This document shows, piece by piece, positions 1 to 19,410 of a DNA stretch of 64,000 nt (positions are counted from its first letter, which is position 1; every line of letters begins with the position of its first letter). The DNA is taken from NCBI RefSeq assembly GCF_009914755.1, contig NC_060943.1; one strand, given 5' to 3'. A program made the translations under genes and the position numbers. This DNA is from the human T2T-CHM13v2.0 reference genome, Homo sapiens. The notes beneath the pieces are model-generated. The model did no database searches. It saw only the letters and a program-made list of their open reading frames with translations, and was not told the DNA's origin.

Positions 1-1216
1 CCATGTTGGCCAGGCTGGTCTCAAATTCCTGACCTCAAGTGACCTGCCCATCTTGGCCTCCCAAAGTGCTGAGATTACAAGCGTGAGCCACTGTGCCCAG
101 CTTATTTTATTTCTTGTATGGTACTTGCGTTCTTATGGGATGCTTTCTACAAAGAAAATAAAGTAGGTGGCTGGGTGCAGTGGCTCATGCCTGTAATCCC
201 AGTACTTTGGGAGGCCGAGGTGGGAGAATTGCTTGAGCCCAGGAGTTTGAGATCAGCCTGGGCAACATAGGGAGATCCCCGTCTCTACAAAACATAAAAA
301 AAAATTTAGCTGGGCTTGGTGGCACATGCCTGTAGCCCTAGCTACATGGGAGGCTGAGGTGGGAGGATCGCCTGTGGCTAGGAGTTGGAGGCTGCAGAGA
401 GCTATGATTGCACTACAGCTAGGACCACAGAGTGAGATCCTGTCTCTATTAAAAAATAAATGAATGAAACAGGAGATGTGGCTGTGGTAGGTGAGGGTGG
501 GAGGGGGAGCTATCTTACCTCCATTGTTCAGGGACATTCTCTGTGGAAGTGACATTTAAGCTGAGACCCCTCTCCCTCTCGGCTCTTCCTTACTTCCTTC
601 TGCTTTTTCTCCTGTGAACTCTTCCGTTCGCTTCAGTTTTTGCCCTGGAGTTCCCCCTGTGCTCTGGTCTGTGGCTTCTCTATTTCTTTTTTTGAGACGG
701 AGCCTCGCTCTGTCACCAGGCTGGAGTGCAGAGGCATGATCTCGGCTCACTGCAACCTCCGCCTCCTGAGTTCAAGAGATTCTCCTACCTCAGCCTCCTG
801 AGTAGCTGGGATTACAGGTGCCCGCCACCACGCCCAGCTAATTTTTTTGTATTTTTAGTAGAGACGGAGTTTCACCACATTGGTCAGGCTGGTCTCAAAC
901 TCCTGACCTCGTGATCCGCCCACCTCAGCCTCCCAAAATGCTGGGATTACAGGTGTAAGCCACCGCGCCCGGCTGGCTTCTCTATTTCTCAACCTGTGTC
1001 TCCCTCGAGGAGCCAGTTGCTGTCTTGTAACTGCCTGCTTACAGCATCCGTCTCTCCTACCAGGCTGGAGCTCTGGGGACCACATCCTATTCACTGCTCT
1101 GTCCCCAGCTCCTAGCAGTGTCTGTTTCTCAGCAGGTGCTGCACCAATGCTTTGTTGAACAGAAAAATCGATGATGAGTGACATGCTGTGTCTGGTGTGT
1201 GCTTCTGCAAAGGGGA

Positions 1217-1241
1217 GTGTGTGTGTGTGTGTGTGTGTGTG
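1217..1241. repeat. (GT)n microsatellite
   Basis: About 12 GT units, ~210 nt upstream of the exon 15 acceptor. Confidence 0.95.
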
Positions 1242-1451
1242 CATGTGCACGCCTGCGTATGTGGTTTTGGGTTTATGGTTGTGTATTTGGATATCCTAGA
1301 AAGCCCTTTTACAAGGATATCCATGCATGGTGCTAGGGGCATAGAGACTGTCATGGGCTTGCCTGTTCCCTACAGAGGGAGGGGTGGGTGGGTGTGTGCT
1401 CCCACCCTCTGCGGGGGCAGTGCCTTCAGTCTGAGCTCTGCTTCCCTGCAG

Positions 1452-1561
1452 TGGAGCCACATGTTCCTCCTGATCGAGGACCAAGGTGCCCAGGGCTATG
1501 AGCTGTTCTTCAAGACAAGAGAATTGAAGAAGAAGTGGATGGAGCAGTTTGAGATGGCCAT
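1452..1561 (+). CDS. VAV1: VAV1 exon 15 (end of PH domain, includes basic [11 protein letters not shown]-like motif)
   Basis: ctgcag|TGGAGC...GCCAT|gtgagt; 110 nt encoding [36 protein letters not shown](I), matching recalled human VAV1 residues 467-503. Confidence 0.97.
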
Positions 1562-1770
1562 GTGAGTCCCCGTCTTCCTCCCTCTTTCTGTCCACAGAGG
1601 GGCAGGGGCTGGGAAGGAGGAACGTGATCTAGTCCCTACTCTGTCCTGACATGCCATGGGACCACTCTGAACCACAGTCTCTTCATTTGGGAAATAAGAG
1701 GGACAGGCCCAAGGCTGTCTTCATCCTTGGAATGCAGGGGTTGTGTGCAAGCTTCAGTTACCAGCCCAGA

Positions 1771-2148
1771 CTCTTCTCCTTTCCTCCTCCTCTTTCTTGT
1801 TCTCCTCTCCTCTTCCTTCTCCTCCTTCTGGTTTCCTTCCTCCTCCTCCTCCTCTTTCTCCTTCTCCTTTCCTCCTCCTCTTTCCTCCTCCTCCCCTTCC
1901 TCTTCTTCTTCCTCCTCCTCTCCTTCCTCCCCTTCCTCCTCCTCGCCCTCCTCTTCCTCTTCCTCCTATTCCTCCTCCACCTCTTCTTCCTCCTCCTCCC
2001 TTTCCTCCCCTTCTTCCTCCTCCTCCTCCTCTTCCTCCTCTTCTTTCTCTTCCTCCTCCCTTTCCTCCTCTTCCTCTTCTTCCTTTTCCTCCTCCTCCTT
2101 CTTCCCCTCTTCCTCCTCTTCCACTTTTGTCTTCTCTTTCTCCTTTTT
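1771..2148. repeat. (CCT/CTT)n polypyrimidine-polypurine tract
   Basis: ~380 nt almost exclusively C/T on the + strand. Confidence 0.97.
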
Positions 2149-2149
2149 A

Positions 2150-2505
2150 TGTGAGGCAAAATTCCAACAACAAAAATCTAACAATTTCGAAGTGTATGAT
2201 CGCATGGCATTTTGTACACTAACAGCGTTGTGCAACCATCACCTCTATCCAGTTTCAAAACCTTTTCATCAGCCCAAAGGAGACCTCATACCCATTAAGC
2301 ATTCACTCCCAATTCCCCGCTCTCGCAGCCCCTGGAAACTCCTAGCCTGCTTTCTCTTTCTCCCAATGTGCATGGCAGCACGATTCAGTGTGGCCAAAGG
2401 GTGAAAACGACCCAAAAGTCAATCAATGAATGAGTGGACACGCAAAACGTGGTCTGTTCATACCATGGAATAGTATTCAGCCATAAAAAGGAATAAAATA
2501 CTGAC
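2150..2505. mobile_element. Old L1M fragments, minus-strand 3' end followed by a plus-strand piece
   Basis: 2150-2360 resembles an antisense L1MB 3'UTR (gttgtgcaaccatcacc...cagcccctgg); 2370-2505 is sense L1 (catggaatagtattcagccataaaaaggaa). Confidence 0.7.
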
Positions 2506-2540
2506 CTTCTTTTTTTTTTTTTTTAATTTTCCCCTGCCAG

Positions 2541-2642
2541 CTCCAACATCTATCCGGAGAATGCCACCGCCAACGGGCATGACTTCCAGATGTTCTCCTT
2601 TGAGGAGACCACATCCTGCAAGGCCTGTCAGATGCTGCTTAG
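2541..2642 (+). CDS. VAV1: VAV1 exon 16 (first half of C1 zinc finger)
   Basis: poly-T tract + gccag|CTCC...CTTAG|gtgaga; 102 nt, SNIYPENATANGHDFQMFSFEETTSCKACQMLL(R); phase matches neighbours. Confidence 0.97.
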
Positions 2643-2884
2643 GTGAGAATCTGGGAGGAGGGTCCTGCATACCGGACTTGGTCATCAGTTCCTTGCTAGA
2701 GAAGATGGCCTAGTAATTGGTTCCCTAAATTGGGAGATGGGGGAGTCCCTACTTTGATCTTCTGCTTCTCCGTCACTCTCCTGATCTAAAGAGAACCCAA
2801 GGGGTCCCTTTATGTTTTTAGCAGAATATTTGGCCCTGTCTGTAAAGGTCACTCGCTCTTCTTTATGTGTTCCCTGCATCTCAG

Positions 2885-2982
2885 AGGTACCTTCTATCAG
2901 GGCTACCGCTGCCATCGGTGCCGGGCATCTGCACACAAGGAGTGTCTGGGGAGGGTCCCTCCATGTGGCCGACATGGGCAAG
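2885..2982 (+). CDS. VAV1: VAV1 exon 17 (second half of C1 zinc finger)
   Basis: tctcag|AGGT...CAAG|gtacga; 98 nt, [32 protein letters not shown]. Confidence 0.97.
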
Positions 2983-3067
2983 GTACGAGTGGGAGGGAGG
3001 CTGGGAGGTGAGCTTGGTTCTCTTTGGAGGATTTCCCGTTCTCACCATTTCCTTTACCCTCCCGTAG

Positions 3068-3090
3068 ATTTCCCAGGAACTATGAAGAAG
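3068..3090 (+). CDS. VAV1: VAV1 exon 18 (23-nt microexon)
   Basis: ccgtag|ATTTCCCAGGAACTATGAAGAAG|gtaaga; (D)FPGTMKK; required to keep frame between exons 17 and 19. Confidence 0.95.
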
Positions 3091-3264
3091 GTAAGACTTT
3101 CCCGTGGTCCTTCCTGTGTACCGCAAATAATGGGCAACAGCGCGGGGAGGACCCAGGACATCCTGGAACTGGGCAGGATCCTTTGTGGGGTGAGGAGAGT
3201 AAGGGGGCCTACAAGCCCCCAGGCTGGGCATAGGTAGACAGGCTTTCTTTGTTTCTCCTTCCAG

Positions 3265-3310
3265 GACAAACTACATCGCAGGGCTCAGGACAAAAAGAGG
3301 AATGAGCTGG
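3265..3310 (+). CDS. VAV1: VAV1 exon 19
   Basis: ttccag|GACAAA...CTGG|gtgagt; 46 nt, DKLHRRAQDKKRNEL(G). Confidence 0.96.
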
Positions 3311-3604
3311 GTGAGTTGGCAGGGGTTGCTGTGTTGGGGCAGGAGGAAAATTCATCTCTATTGATGTTGACCCAGGGACAGATCTCCATAATCATATTAA
3401 CAGCCACATTGGGCCGGGTGCAATAGCTCACACCTGTAATCCCAACAATTTGGGAGGCCAAGGCGGGAGGATCGCTTGAAGTCAGGTGCACACCACCACG
3501 CCTAGCTAATTTTTTTTTTTTAAATAGAGATGAGGTCTTGCTACGTTGCCCAGCCATACTGTATAAATTAAATCATACAGTATGTGCTTATTTTAATTAA
3601 TTAA

Positions 3605-3880
<276 letters not shown>

Positions 3881-4567
3881 TGAGCCACTGTGCCCAGCCT
3901 TAATTTTAAAAAATTTAAAAATATATGTATTTTATTAAATATATAATAATTTATTATTTAATAATATATTAATATTAATTAATATAATATAGTAATAATA
4001 TATTATAATAATATATAAAATATATATTAATATATATTTATTAAAAATATATTATATGTATATATAATATATCTTTTTTTTATTTTTAGAGGCAGGGTCT
4101 TGCTCTGTATCCCAGGCTGGAGTGCAGAGGCAGGAGTGTTCCACTTATATGCCATTTATATGACATATAAATATATAACATAAGTCAGGTGTGGTGGTTC
4201 ATGTCTGTGATCCCAGCACTTTGAGAGGCCAAGGCCAGGAGTTTGAGACAAGCGTGGGCAACAGAACGAGACCCTGTGTCTACAAAAACATTTTTAAAAA
4301 TTAGCGGGGTTCTTGCTTGAGCCCAGGAGTTCAAGGTTGCAGTGAGCCATGATCACGCCACTGCACGCCAACCTGGGCAACAGAGCAAGATCCTGTTTCA
4401 AAAAAATAAAAAAATAAATATATGAAATCTATGAATGGGTATGTTTTCTTCTTATTATTACTTACTATGTAATTAGCAATAGTCAGTCAGCTTTCTTAGC
4501 AAGAGTCAAAATTAGAAACAACCCGTGTCCTTTGTACAATAGAATATATATATGTGTATATATATAT

Positions 4568-4599
<32 letters not shown>

Positions 4600-4603
<4 letters not shown>

Positions 4604-5720
4604 ATTTTATTGAGAGAGGAAATACATACTTTAAGGTATGTAAAAATCAATAAATCTTAAGTATATGACTTAATACATTTTTATCCATGCAACCAACAAT
4701 CAAATAAAAATGTAGAACATTTCCATCCCTCCAGAACTGCACTGTGTAATATAAATTAATTAAAATGAAATCACCTTAAAATTTTTTTTGCTCACGTTAG
4801 CCTTGAAGTTCTCAATAATGGCCTGTGGCTAGTTGCTACCATATTGGACATATCCATCACCACAGAAAGCTTTGTCAGAAAGCACTGCTACTCACCTATC
4901 TCCCATAGGGAACCACTGTCTGACCTCTATCACCATAGATTAATTTTGCCTGCTCTTGAGTTTTCTATAAATAAAATCATACAGTACATGCTTATTTCAT
5001 CTGGTTTCTTTTATCTGACGTAATGACGGTGAGATGCATTGATGTGATCGCCTGTAGCAATAGCTTGTTCCTTTTCATTGTTGTATAGTATTCCATTATG
5101 TGATGATATCACAATTTGTTTATTGATTGATCAACCTATTGAGGACATTTGGTTGGTTGCCAGTTTTTGGATATTGTGTATAAAGCTGCAACTTTTGAAG
5201 GACTTTTTTTTTGTTTTTTGTTTTTTTGTTTAGTTTTGTTTTGAGACAGAGTCTCACTCCATCGCCCAGGCTGGAGTGCAGTGGCATGATCTCAGCTCAC
5301 TGAAACCTCTGCCTCCTGGGAGTTCAAGTGATTCTCCTGCCTCAGCCTCCCAAGTAGCTGGGATTACAGGTGCCCACCACCACACCCAGCTAATTTCTGT
5401 AGTTTTAGTAGAGATGGGGTTTCACCATGTTGGCCAGTCTGGTCTCAAACTCCTGACCTCAGGTGATCTTCCTGCCTCGGCCTCCCAAAGTGCTGGGATT
5501 ACAGACATGAGCCACCGTGCCCAGCCAGGACACATGTTTTCATTTCTCTTGGGTTGCTGGGTTACAGAGTAGATACAATGTTTAGCTTCAGTAGATATTG
5601 CCAAATAGTTTTCCAAAGAGTATCCCCACCAGCAATGAGTGAAAATTCCAGTTTCTCCACGTCCTTGTCAACACTTAGTATTGCCAGTCTAAAAAGAAAA
5701 ATTTTAGCCATTCTCGTGGG
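4600..5720 (-). mobile_element. L1ME-like fragment interrupted by a MER3-like hAT MITE (~4740-4890) and an Alu (~5205-5527)
   Basis: L1 antisense motifs (tagtattccattatgtg, ttgccaaatagttttccaaag); MER3-like tgtggctagttgctaccatattggaca...catcaccacagaaag. Confidence 0.65.
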
Positions 5721-5784
5721 TGGCAAGATTCAGGGTTGAAAGTTGACTGCCAACCACCCTGTACTCCTGTACCCTGTCCTCCAG

Positions 5785-5921
5785 GTCTGCCCAAGATGGA
5801 GGTGTTTCAGGAATACTACGGGCTTCCTCCACCCCCTGGAGCCATTGGACCCTTTCTACGGCTCAACCCTGGAGACATTGTGGAGCTCACGAAGGCTGAG
5901 GCTGAACAGAACTGGTGGGAG
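5785..5921 (+). CDS. VAV1: VAV1 exon 20 (N-terminal SH3 with PPPP loop)
   Basis: ctccag|GTCTG...GGGAG|gtacag; 137 nt, LPKMEVFQEYYGLPPPPGAIGPFLRLNPGDIVELTKAEAEQNWWE. Confidence 0.97.
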
Positions 5922-6186
5922 GTACAGGCTGGGGCCACAAGAGTGATGGGGTGGGACCCAAGTGTAGGGTTATGGATTCATGTGGTCTCAGGGAGTTGGG
6001 TCATAGTTCCACCATGCTCTGGAGGTGATGCCTGGGGAGTGGGGTAGGTAGACTGAGACTTCTGGGCATGGCTTTTCTGAGCGGGCCATCTTCCCAGGAA
6101 GTTAATACTCATTATCACCTCTCTGGGCTCTCCAGGCCATCCTGAGATAGATGGACAAGCAGAGTGACCATTGAGCAAAGAGATGG

Positions 6187-6210
6187 ACACACACACACAC
6201 ACACACACAC
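6187..6210. repeat. (AC)n microsatellite in VAV1 intron 20
   Basis: About 12 AC units. Confidence 0.95.
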
Positions 6211-6315
6211 GAGTGATGGGGCAGGATCCACGTGTAGGGTTATGGGTTTAGATGGCAGGTGGGGTTATGGATCCTATAACCTCTCTGTTCCTGTTTTTGT
6301 CTCCTGGGTGTTTAG

Positions 6316-6381
6316 GGCAGAAATACATCTACTAATGAAATTGGCTGGTTTCCTTGTAACAGGGTGAAGCCCTATGTCCAT
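6316..6381 (+). CDS. VAV1: VAV1 exon 21 (second half of N-SH3; symmetric phase 0-0)
   Basis: tttag|GGCAGA...GTCCAT|gtgagt; 66 nt, GRNTSTNEIGWFPCNRVKPYVH. Confidence 0.96.
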
Positions 6382-7409
6382 GTGAGTGCCTCAAGTCTGA
6401 ATGGAATAAGGGCAAGGGGTCCAGGGCGGGTCCTGGGAGGATGGACAGACTTGGAAAGACACCCCCGGAGTTGGGGAGGGGGCTGCCCATCATGGCAGGT
6501 CTTTCTCTAACTCAAGGCTTCACCCACCCCACCAACTGAGCCCAGAGAGGGGCCACCCTGGAAACAATGATTGATCTTTTTCTCCTTGATCATTTTTGTG
6601 TAAAGGTCCTTTCCTTCCTACATGGGTATGGTAGGGAGGAAGGAGCAGGGACCTAGAAGGTGGGCCTGCCCCTTGCTTCCTTCTGAGACACCAAATTGAG
6701 TTCTGTGGGAGCACTGTGGCCTCCATTGCCTGTGTCCTTGCCCTGCTCCTGGTGGACACACCTGTCCACTCCAGCCTCTGCTGTTCTTCCAGTGTTCTCT
6801 GCTTGATGGACCCCTCGCTCTTCATGATGACTTCAGATCTCTCCCTCTCTCCCCAACCTCAGACACCCCCTACCTCATTCACAGCAAATGACCCCACTGT
6901 ACACTTCACAGCCTGCAGAGGGAAATTCTCTCCAGTGCTGGTTTTAACTTTATATTATTTCAGACTTCTAGCAAAGCTATGAGAATAATGCAAAGAGCTC
7001 CTGTGTAGCCTTTACCCAGTTTCATCAGTTCTGTTAATGTTTTGTTCCATTTGCTCTGTCATTTCCTCTCTCTACCCACACATAGTATTTATTTTTCCTG
7101 GAAGAGTTAAAAGTGAGTTTGCAGACGACGTTCCCCTTTACCCCTAAATACTTCTTAAGAGCAAGAGCCTTCTCATGCATAACCAGAGCAAGATATTAAA
7201 AGACACAAAATTCAACATTGACATTATACTATTATTTAATTCATAGTCTGTATTTAAATGTTGTCAATTTCCCCAAAAATTTTATCAAAAATTTTTTTGT
7301 TCCTATGGTTTCTCCACTGTCAAGTTACAATAGGAATTTCCAACCCCATCATTCTTTCCAAATTTATTAGCTGGTGTTCTGCTGCAAGAAAGAGCTGTCC
7401 TTTCTGCCC

Positions 7410-7412
7410 TCA

Positions 7413-7470
<58 letters not shown>

Positions 7471-7631
7471 CATGCATCCATCTTTTATCTATATATCATC
7501 TATCTATTTACCTATCATCTATTTGCCTATCACCTATCTACCCATCTATTATCTATCTATCTATATCATCATCATCATCATCAATCTTTTATCTATTTAC
7601 CTATCATCTATCCATCTATTCGTCATCTACA

Positions 7632-7669
<38 letters not shown>

Positions 7670-8066
7670 ATGTCTATCTATCCATGTACCTACCCATCAA
7701 TCCATCCATTCATCAATCAGTTCTTCTATCCATCCATCCATCCATCCATCCATCCATCCATCCATCCATCCATCTATCATCTATCTACTTATCAATACAT
7801 TCATGATCTATTCATCCACCTATCATTTATCTATGTATCATCTGTCTATGTATTATCTATCATCTATCTATTCACCGATCATCTCTCTGCCTATTTTTCA
7901 CCTACCGATCTAACCATCTATCATCTGTCTATTACCTATTTATTATCATTTCTCTCTCATCTATTCATTTATCATTTATCCATCACCTGTCTGTTTATCA
8001 TCTATCATCTTTCCATCTATCTATTACCTGTTTATCCATCATCCATCTATTCTATCTATCTATCTC
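7410..8066. repeat. (TCTA)/(TCCA)n compound tetranucleotide repeat
   Basis: Pure TCTA and TCCA runs within a degenerate array. Confidence 0.95.
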
Positions 8067-8069
8067 TTA

Positions 8070-12180
<4,111 letters not shown>

Positions 12181-12469
12181 AAAATTCTTTTGATTTTTGC
12201 CAACCATCTAAAAATGTAAAAACCATTCTTGACTTGAGGGTAATGATAAACTGCTGGGAAGACAACCCCTGCTTTATATGATACTGGGGCAGTCTCTCCC
12301 CCGAGGTTCTGGGACTTTATCCCCAGTGAGTACCACAGTGCCTGGCACATAATAGGCACTCACTAAATGCAAGTGGAATGAGTGAATGAATGAATGAATG
12401 AAGTGCCCTGCCCTCTGCTGTCAAGCTGGGGTCTTTACACTAAGTTGGGGTCTCTCTCTGTATTCTTAG

Positions 12470-12501
12470 GGCCCTCCTCAGGACCTGTCTGTTCATCTCT
12501 G
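12470..12501 (+). CDS. VAV1: VAV1 exon 22 (32-nt linker exon)
   Basis: tcttag|GGCCCT...CTCTG|gtgagt; GPPQDLSVHL(W). Confidence 0.95.
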
Positions 12502-13396
12502 GTGAGTAGAAACATTTATTTTTGTTTCAATGAGAGGTTTCTGGGTTGGGGTTCCAGGCTGGGTATGGGAGGAACCTCCGAGCCAATTAGTTATGCATTC
12601 TGTGATCCCTGAGCACCGACTTCTGAATCTAGCTCTGGGCTGGGGGCTGCTGGGGATGGGACAGACAAAGGAGGGTCCCTCACCTTGGGAGATGATGGTC
12701 TTGTTGGAAGGAAAATGGTTACAATGATGATGACGATGATGACAATGATGATGATGATAATGATGATGGTGGTGATGGTAATGACAGTTCCAGTTGTTTT
12801 TGTAGGATTTTTTGTTTTGTTTGTTTGTTTGTTTTGCACCTATAGCATGTCAAGCATATAGGGGTGGAGGTTTACAGTGTGGCTTTTGGAGCCCGCTGAC
12901 CTGGATTCAAATTCTGACCCCAACCTTACCTAGCTGTATGACCTTGGGCCGGTTACTTAACCTCCCTCTGTTTCAGCATTCCTCTCTGGAAAATAGCTTA
13001 ATGACAGTATCTACTTCATAGTGTTTTTAGGAGGCGTAAATGAGTCTGTCAAGTGCTTAGTCCTGGTCCTGACACATAATGAGGACTTTATACAGCATTA
13101 GCTGTTGTTATTACTCATTTAATCTGTTCTAAGATGCATGGTTGTTTTTTTTTTCTTCTTCACATTTGAACATCTCTGACATTGAAATAGCTCTTGCGAT
13201 CCACAGTGTCCATCTTCTGCTGAATTTTATAGGCAGGAAGTGTTCTTTCATAATGGCACATAAAAGAATGGGGCATTGAACAATTGCTGGCGCATCAGCT
13301 ATTTAATGAGCTCCTTTAATCTTCACAAAAGCCCTTCGGAAAATAGATTTGATTCTTATTCTCTGCCCCCATACTTTCTTCTTTTCTTCTTCTTCT

Positions 13397-13434
<38 letters not shown>

Positions 13435-13490
13435 AAATGAGGCTGAGAGAGGGTAAGTGAATTACTTAATGTCACATGGTGAGGAAGTGA

Positions 13491-14013
<523 letters not shown>

Positions 14014-14547
14014 TGAATCGTGCTCTCCTGCGTTAGCGCTCCTTCCGCCCTTCTGCGCCGAGATGTGGTCAATGGGGTGGGGACCAGGGTGAGACCAGGG
14101 AGGCTCTCTCGTGGGTGCAAGATTTAAGGGGACGCTGAAAATCTCAGTCATTAAGGTCCATCATGTTTTAATGCAACATTAAAAAAAATCAAAAACAAGC
14201 CAAAAAAATTTCGAGATGAACAAATACCAAAACTGTAACTAAAGACAGGATCCAATAGAGCCGGGAGTAAGAGGAGGTGGGTGAGGTGAGTCGGGCAGTC
14301 AGATTCTGTCTTTATTCAAAATTTTGATGTTTGTTCATCATGGTTTCTTTGCATTCATTAAAAAAAGATGTTAAACACCAACTCGAACCAGATTTGCATT
14401 CGTTTTTTAAAATTGAGGTGAAATTCGGCTGGGCGCAGTGGCTCACGCCTGTAATCTCAGCTCTTTGGGAGGCCGAGGCGGGTCGATCACTTGAGGTCAG
14501 GAGTTCAAGACCAGCCTGGGCAACATGGTGAAACCCTGTCTCTACTA

Positions 14548-14786
<239 letters not shown>

Positions 14787-14789
14787 TTA

Positions 14790-16232
<1,443 letters not shown>

Positions 16233-17325
16233 CAGTGGCTTTTTGTTTTTTTTTTTTTGGAGACAGAGTTTCGCACTGTTGCCTGGGCTGGAGTGCAGTG
16301 GTGTGATCTCAGCTCACTGCAACCTCCGCCTACCGAGTTCAAGCGATTCTCTTGCCTCAGCCTCCTGAATAGCTGGGATTACAGGCGCCCGCCATCAAGC
16401 CCAGCTAATTTTTGCATTTTTAGTAGAGACGAGGTTTCACCATGTTGCCCAGGCTGGTCTCGAACTCCTGACCTTGTGATTCGCCCACCTCGGCCTCCCA
16501 AAGTGCTGGGATTACAGGCGTGAGCCACAGCGCCCAGCCAGTGCCATTTGGTATATTTGCAATACTGCGCCGCCATCACTGCCGTTTAGCTCCAAAACAT
16601 TCTCAGCACCCCCAAGAGAAACCCCATCCCGGGCAGTTGCTCCTGCCTCCCGCAGCCCCCGGGAACCAAGGGTCTCCTTCCTGTCTCTGTGGATTGGCGT
16701 GTTCTGGGCATTTCCTATGAATGGAAATCACACAGTGTGTGGCCGTTTGTGCCTGGCTTCTCTCACTGAGTGTGATGTTTTAAGGCTCATCTCCATTGTA
16801 GCCCATGTCAGTGCTGCTTCCCTTTTGATGGCTGACTTTATTCATTTTGATTTCTAAGAATATTGTATTAGAATACTGTTTGTTTTACTTATTGTCATTT
16901 ACCTTGATGACTAGGTTTTTTGGCTCTCACTTACATTTTGCACCTGAGGCTCGTGACTCATTCTCCTTCCCCTACTTCTGTCCGGGTGACCACAGAGATG
17001 GGCACACAGTGAGCCTTCAGGAAATGCCTGGTGAAGCCATCGCCAAATTCCAGACACCCAGCCAGACCCAAAGGGCTGAGCCATCCCCCCGAATCCATGT
17101 GTCAAACCTTAGTGGTGACCTGTAGAAGTGGAAGCCCGCTCCCCATGTCTGGGCTCCGGCCCCTGCCTCCACGGGGCCTACCTTGGTGCTGAAGGGCTGT
17201 TAGAGCCAGGCTGTCACCAACTTAAAAAATCAAAGGGGTTCAGGGGGAAAGGCAACCTCCATATGGCAATATGGGGACCCAGGCACGGGGACCGTGCCAC
17301 CTCTGTCCTTGGTGTCTCTTTGCAG

Positions 17326-17442
17326 GTACGCAGGCCCCATGGAGCGGGCAGGGGCAGAGAGCATCCTGGCCAACCGCTCGGACGGGACTTTCTTGGTGCG
17401 GCAGAGGGTGAAGGATGCAGCAGAATTTGCCATCAGCATTAA
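17326..17442 (+). CDS. VAV1: VAV1 exon 23 (SH2 N-part with FLVR motif, R696)
   Basis: ttgcag|GTACGC...ATTAA|gtaact; 117 nt, YAGPMERAGAESILANRSDGTFLVRQRVKDAAEFAISI(K). Confidence 0.97.
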   Translation, partial: VRRPHGAGRGREHPGQPLGRDFLGAAEGEGCSRICHQH

Positions 17443-17677
17443 GTAACTCCTTTCTCCCTGACTCATACCCTTTTGGGGCCTGGGCCCTGCGGGCCTGGGA
17501 AAAAGGGTATCCAGGTTTTACTTTATAGAAGTGTACGGTAATAGCATCCACCTTTTACTGAGCCCCTGCTGGTTCCCACGTGCCTTTCACCTTCTTTATT
17601 TCTTTTAATTGACGACCACAAGAAAGAGATATGATTCCTATAGAGGCTCAAAAAGGCTCTTAAAATTAATTAATTAA

Positions 17678-18046
<369 letters not shown>

Positions 18047-18116
18047 TAACCAATTTTCATATATATGTTTTTTCTTTTTTTTTAACTTCCAGGAATTTCT
18101 AATTTTTTTAATTTAA

Positions 18117-19410
<1,294 letters not shown>

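Noticed and set aside
1120-1241. TDP-43-repressed cryptic exon next to the GT repeat (also 26198-26219)
   Set aside because: An acceptor-like ctcagcag exists but only poor GTGTGT donors; too weak to support
1651-2404. Long poly-Leu/Phe, poly-Ser, poly-Pro and poly-Arg/Glu ORFs
   Set aside because: Translations of the CCT/CTT tract, which lacks stop codons by composition
14215-14339. Hairpin as a pre-miRNA
   Set aside because: The 49-nt loop and AT-rich mismatched stem fit a MITE remnant better
17321-17331. CAG|GTACGC at the exon 23 acceptor as a recursive splice site
   Set aside because: Weak reconstituted donor, short introns, and the sequence is explained by Trp-Tyr-Ala codons
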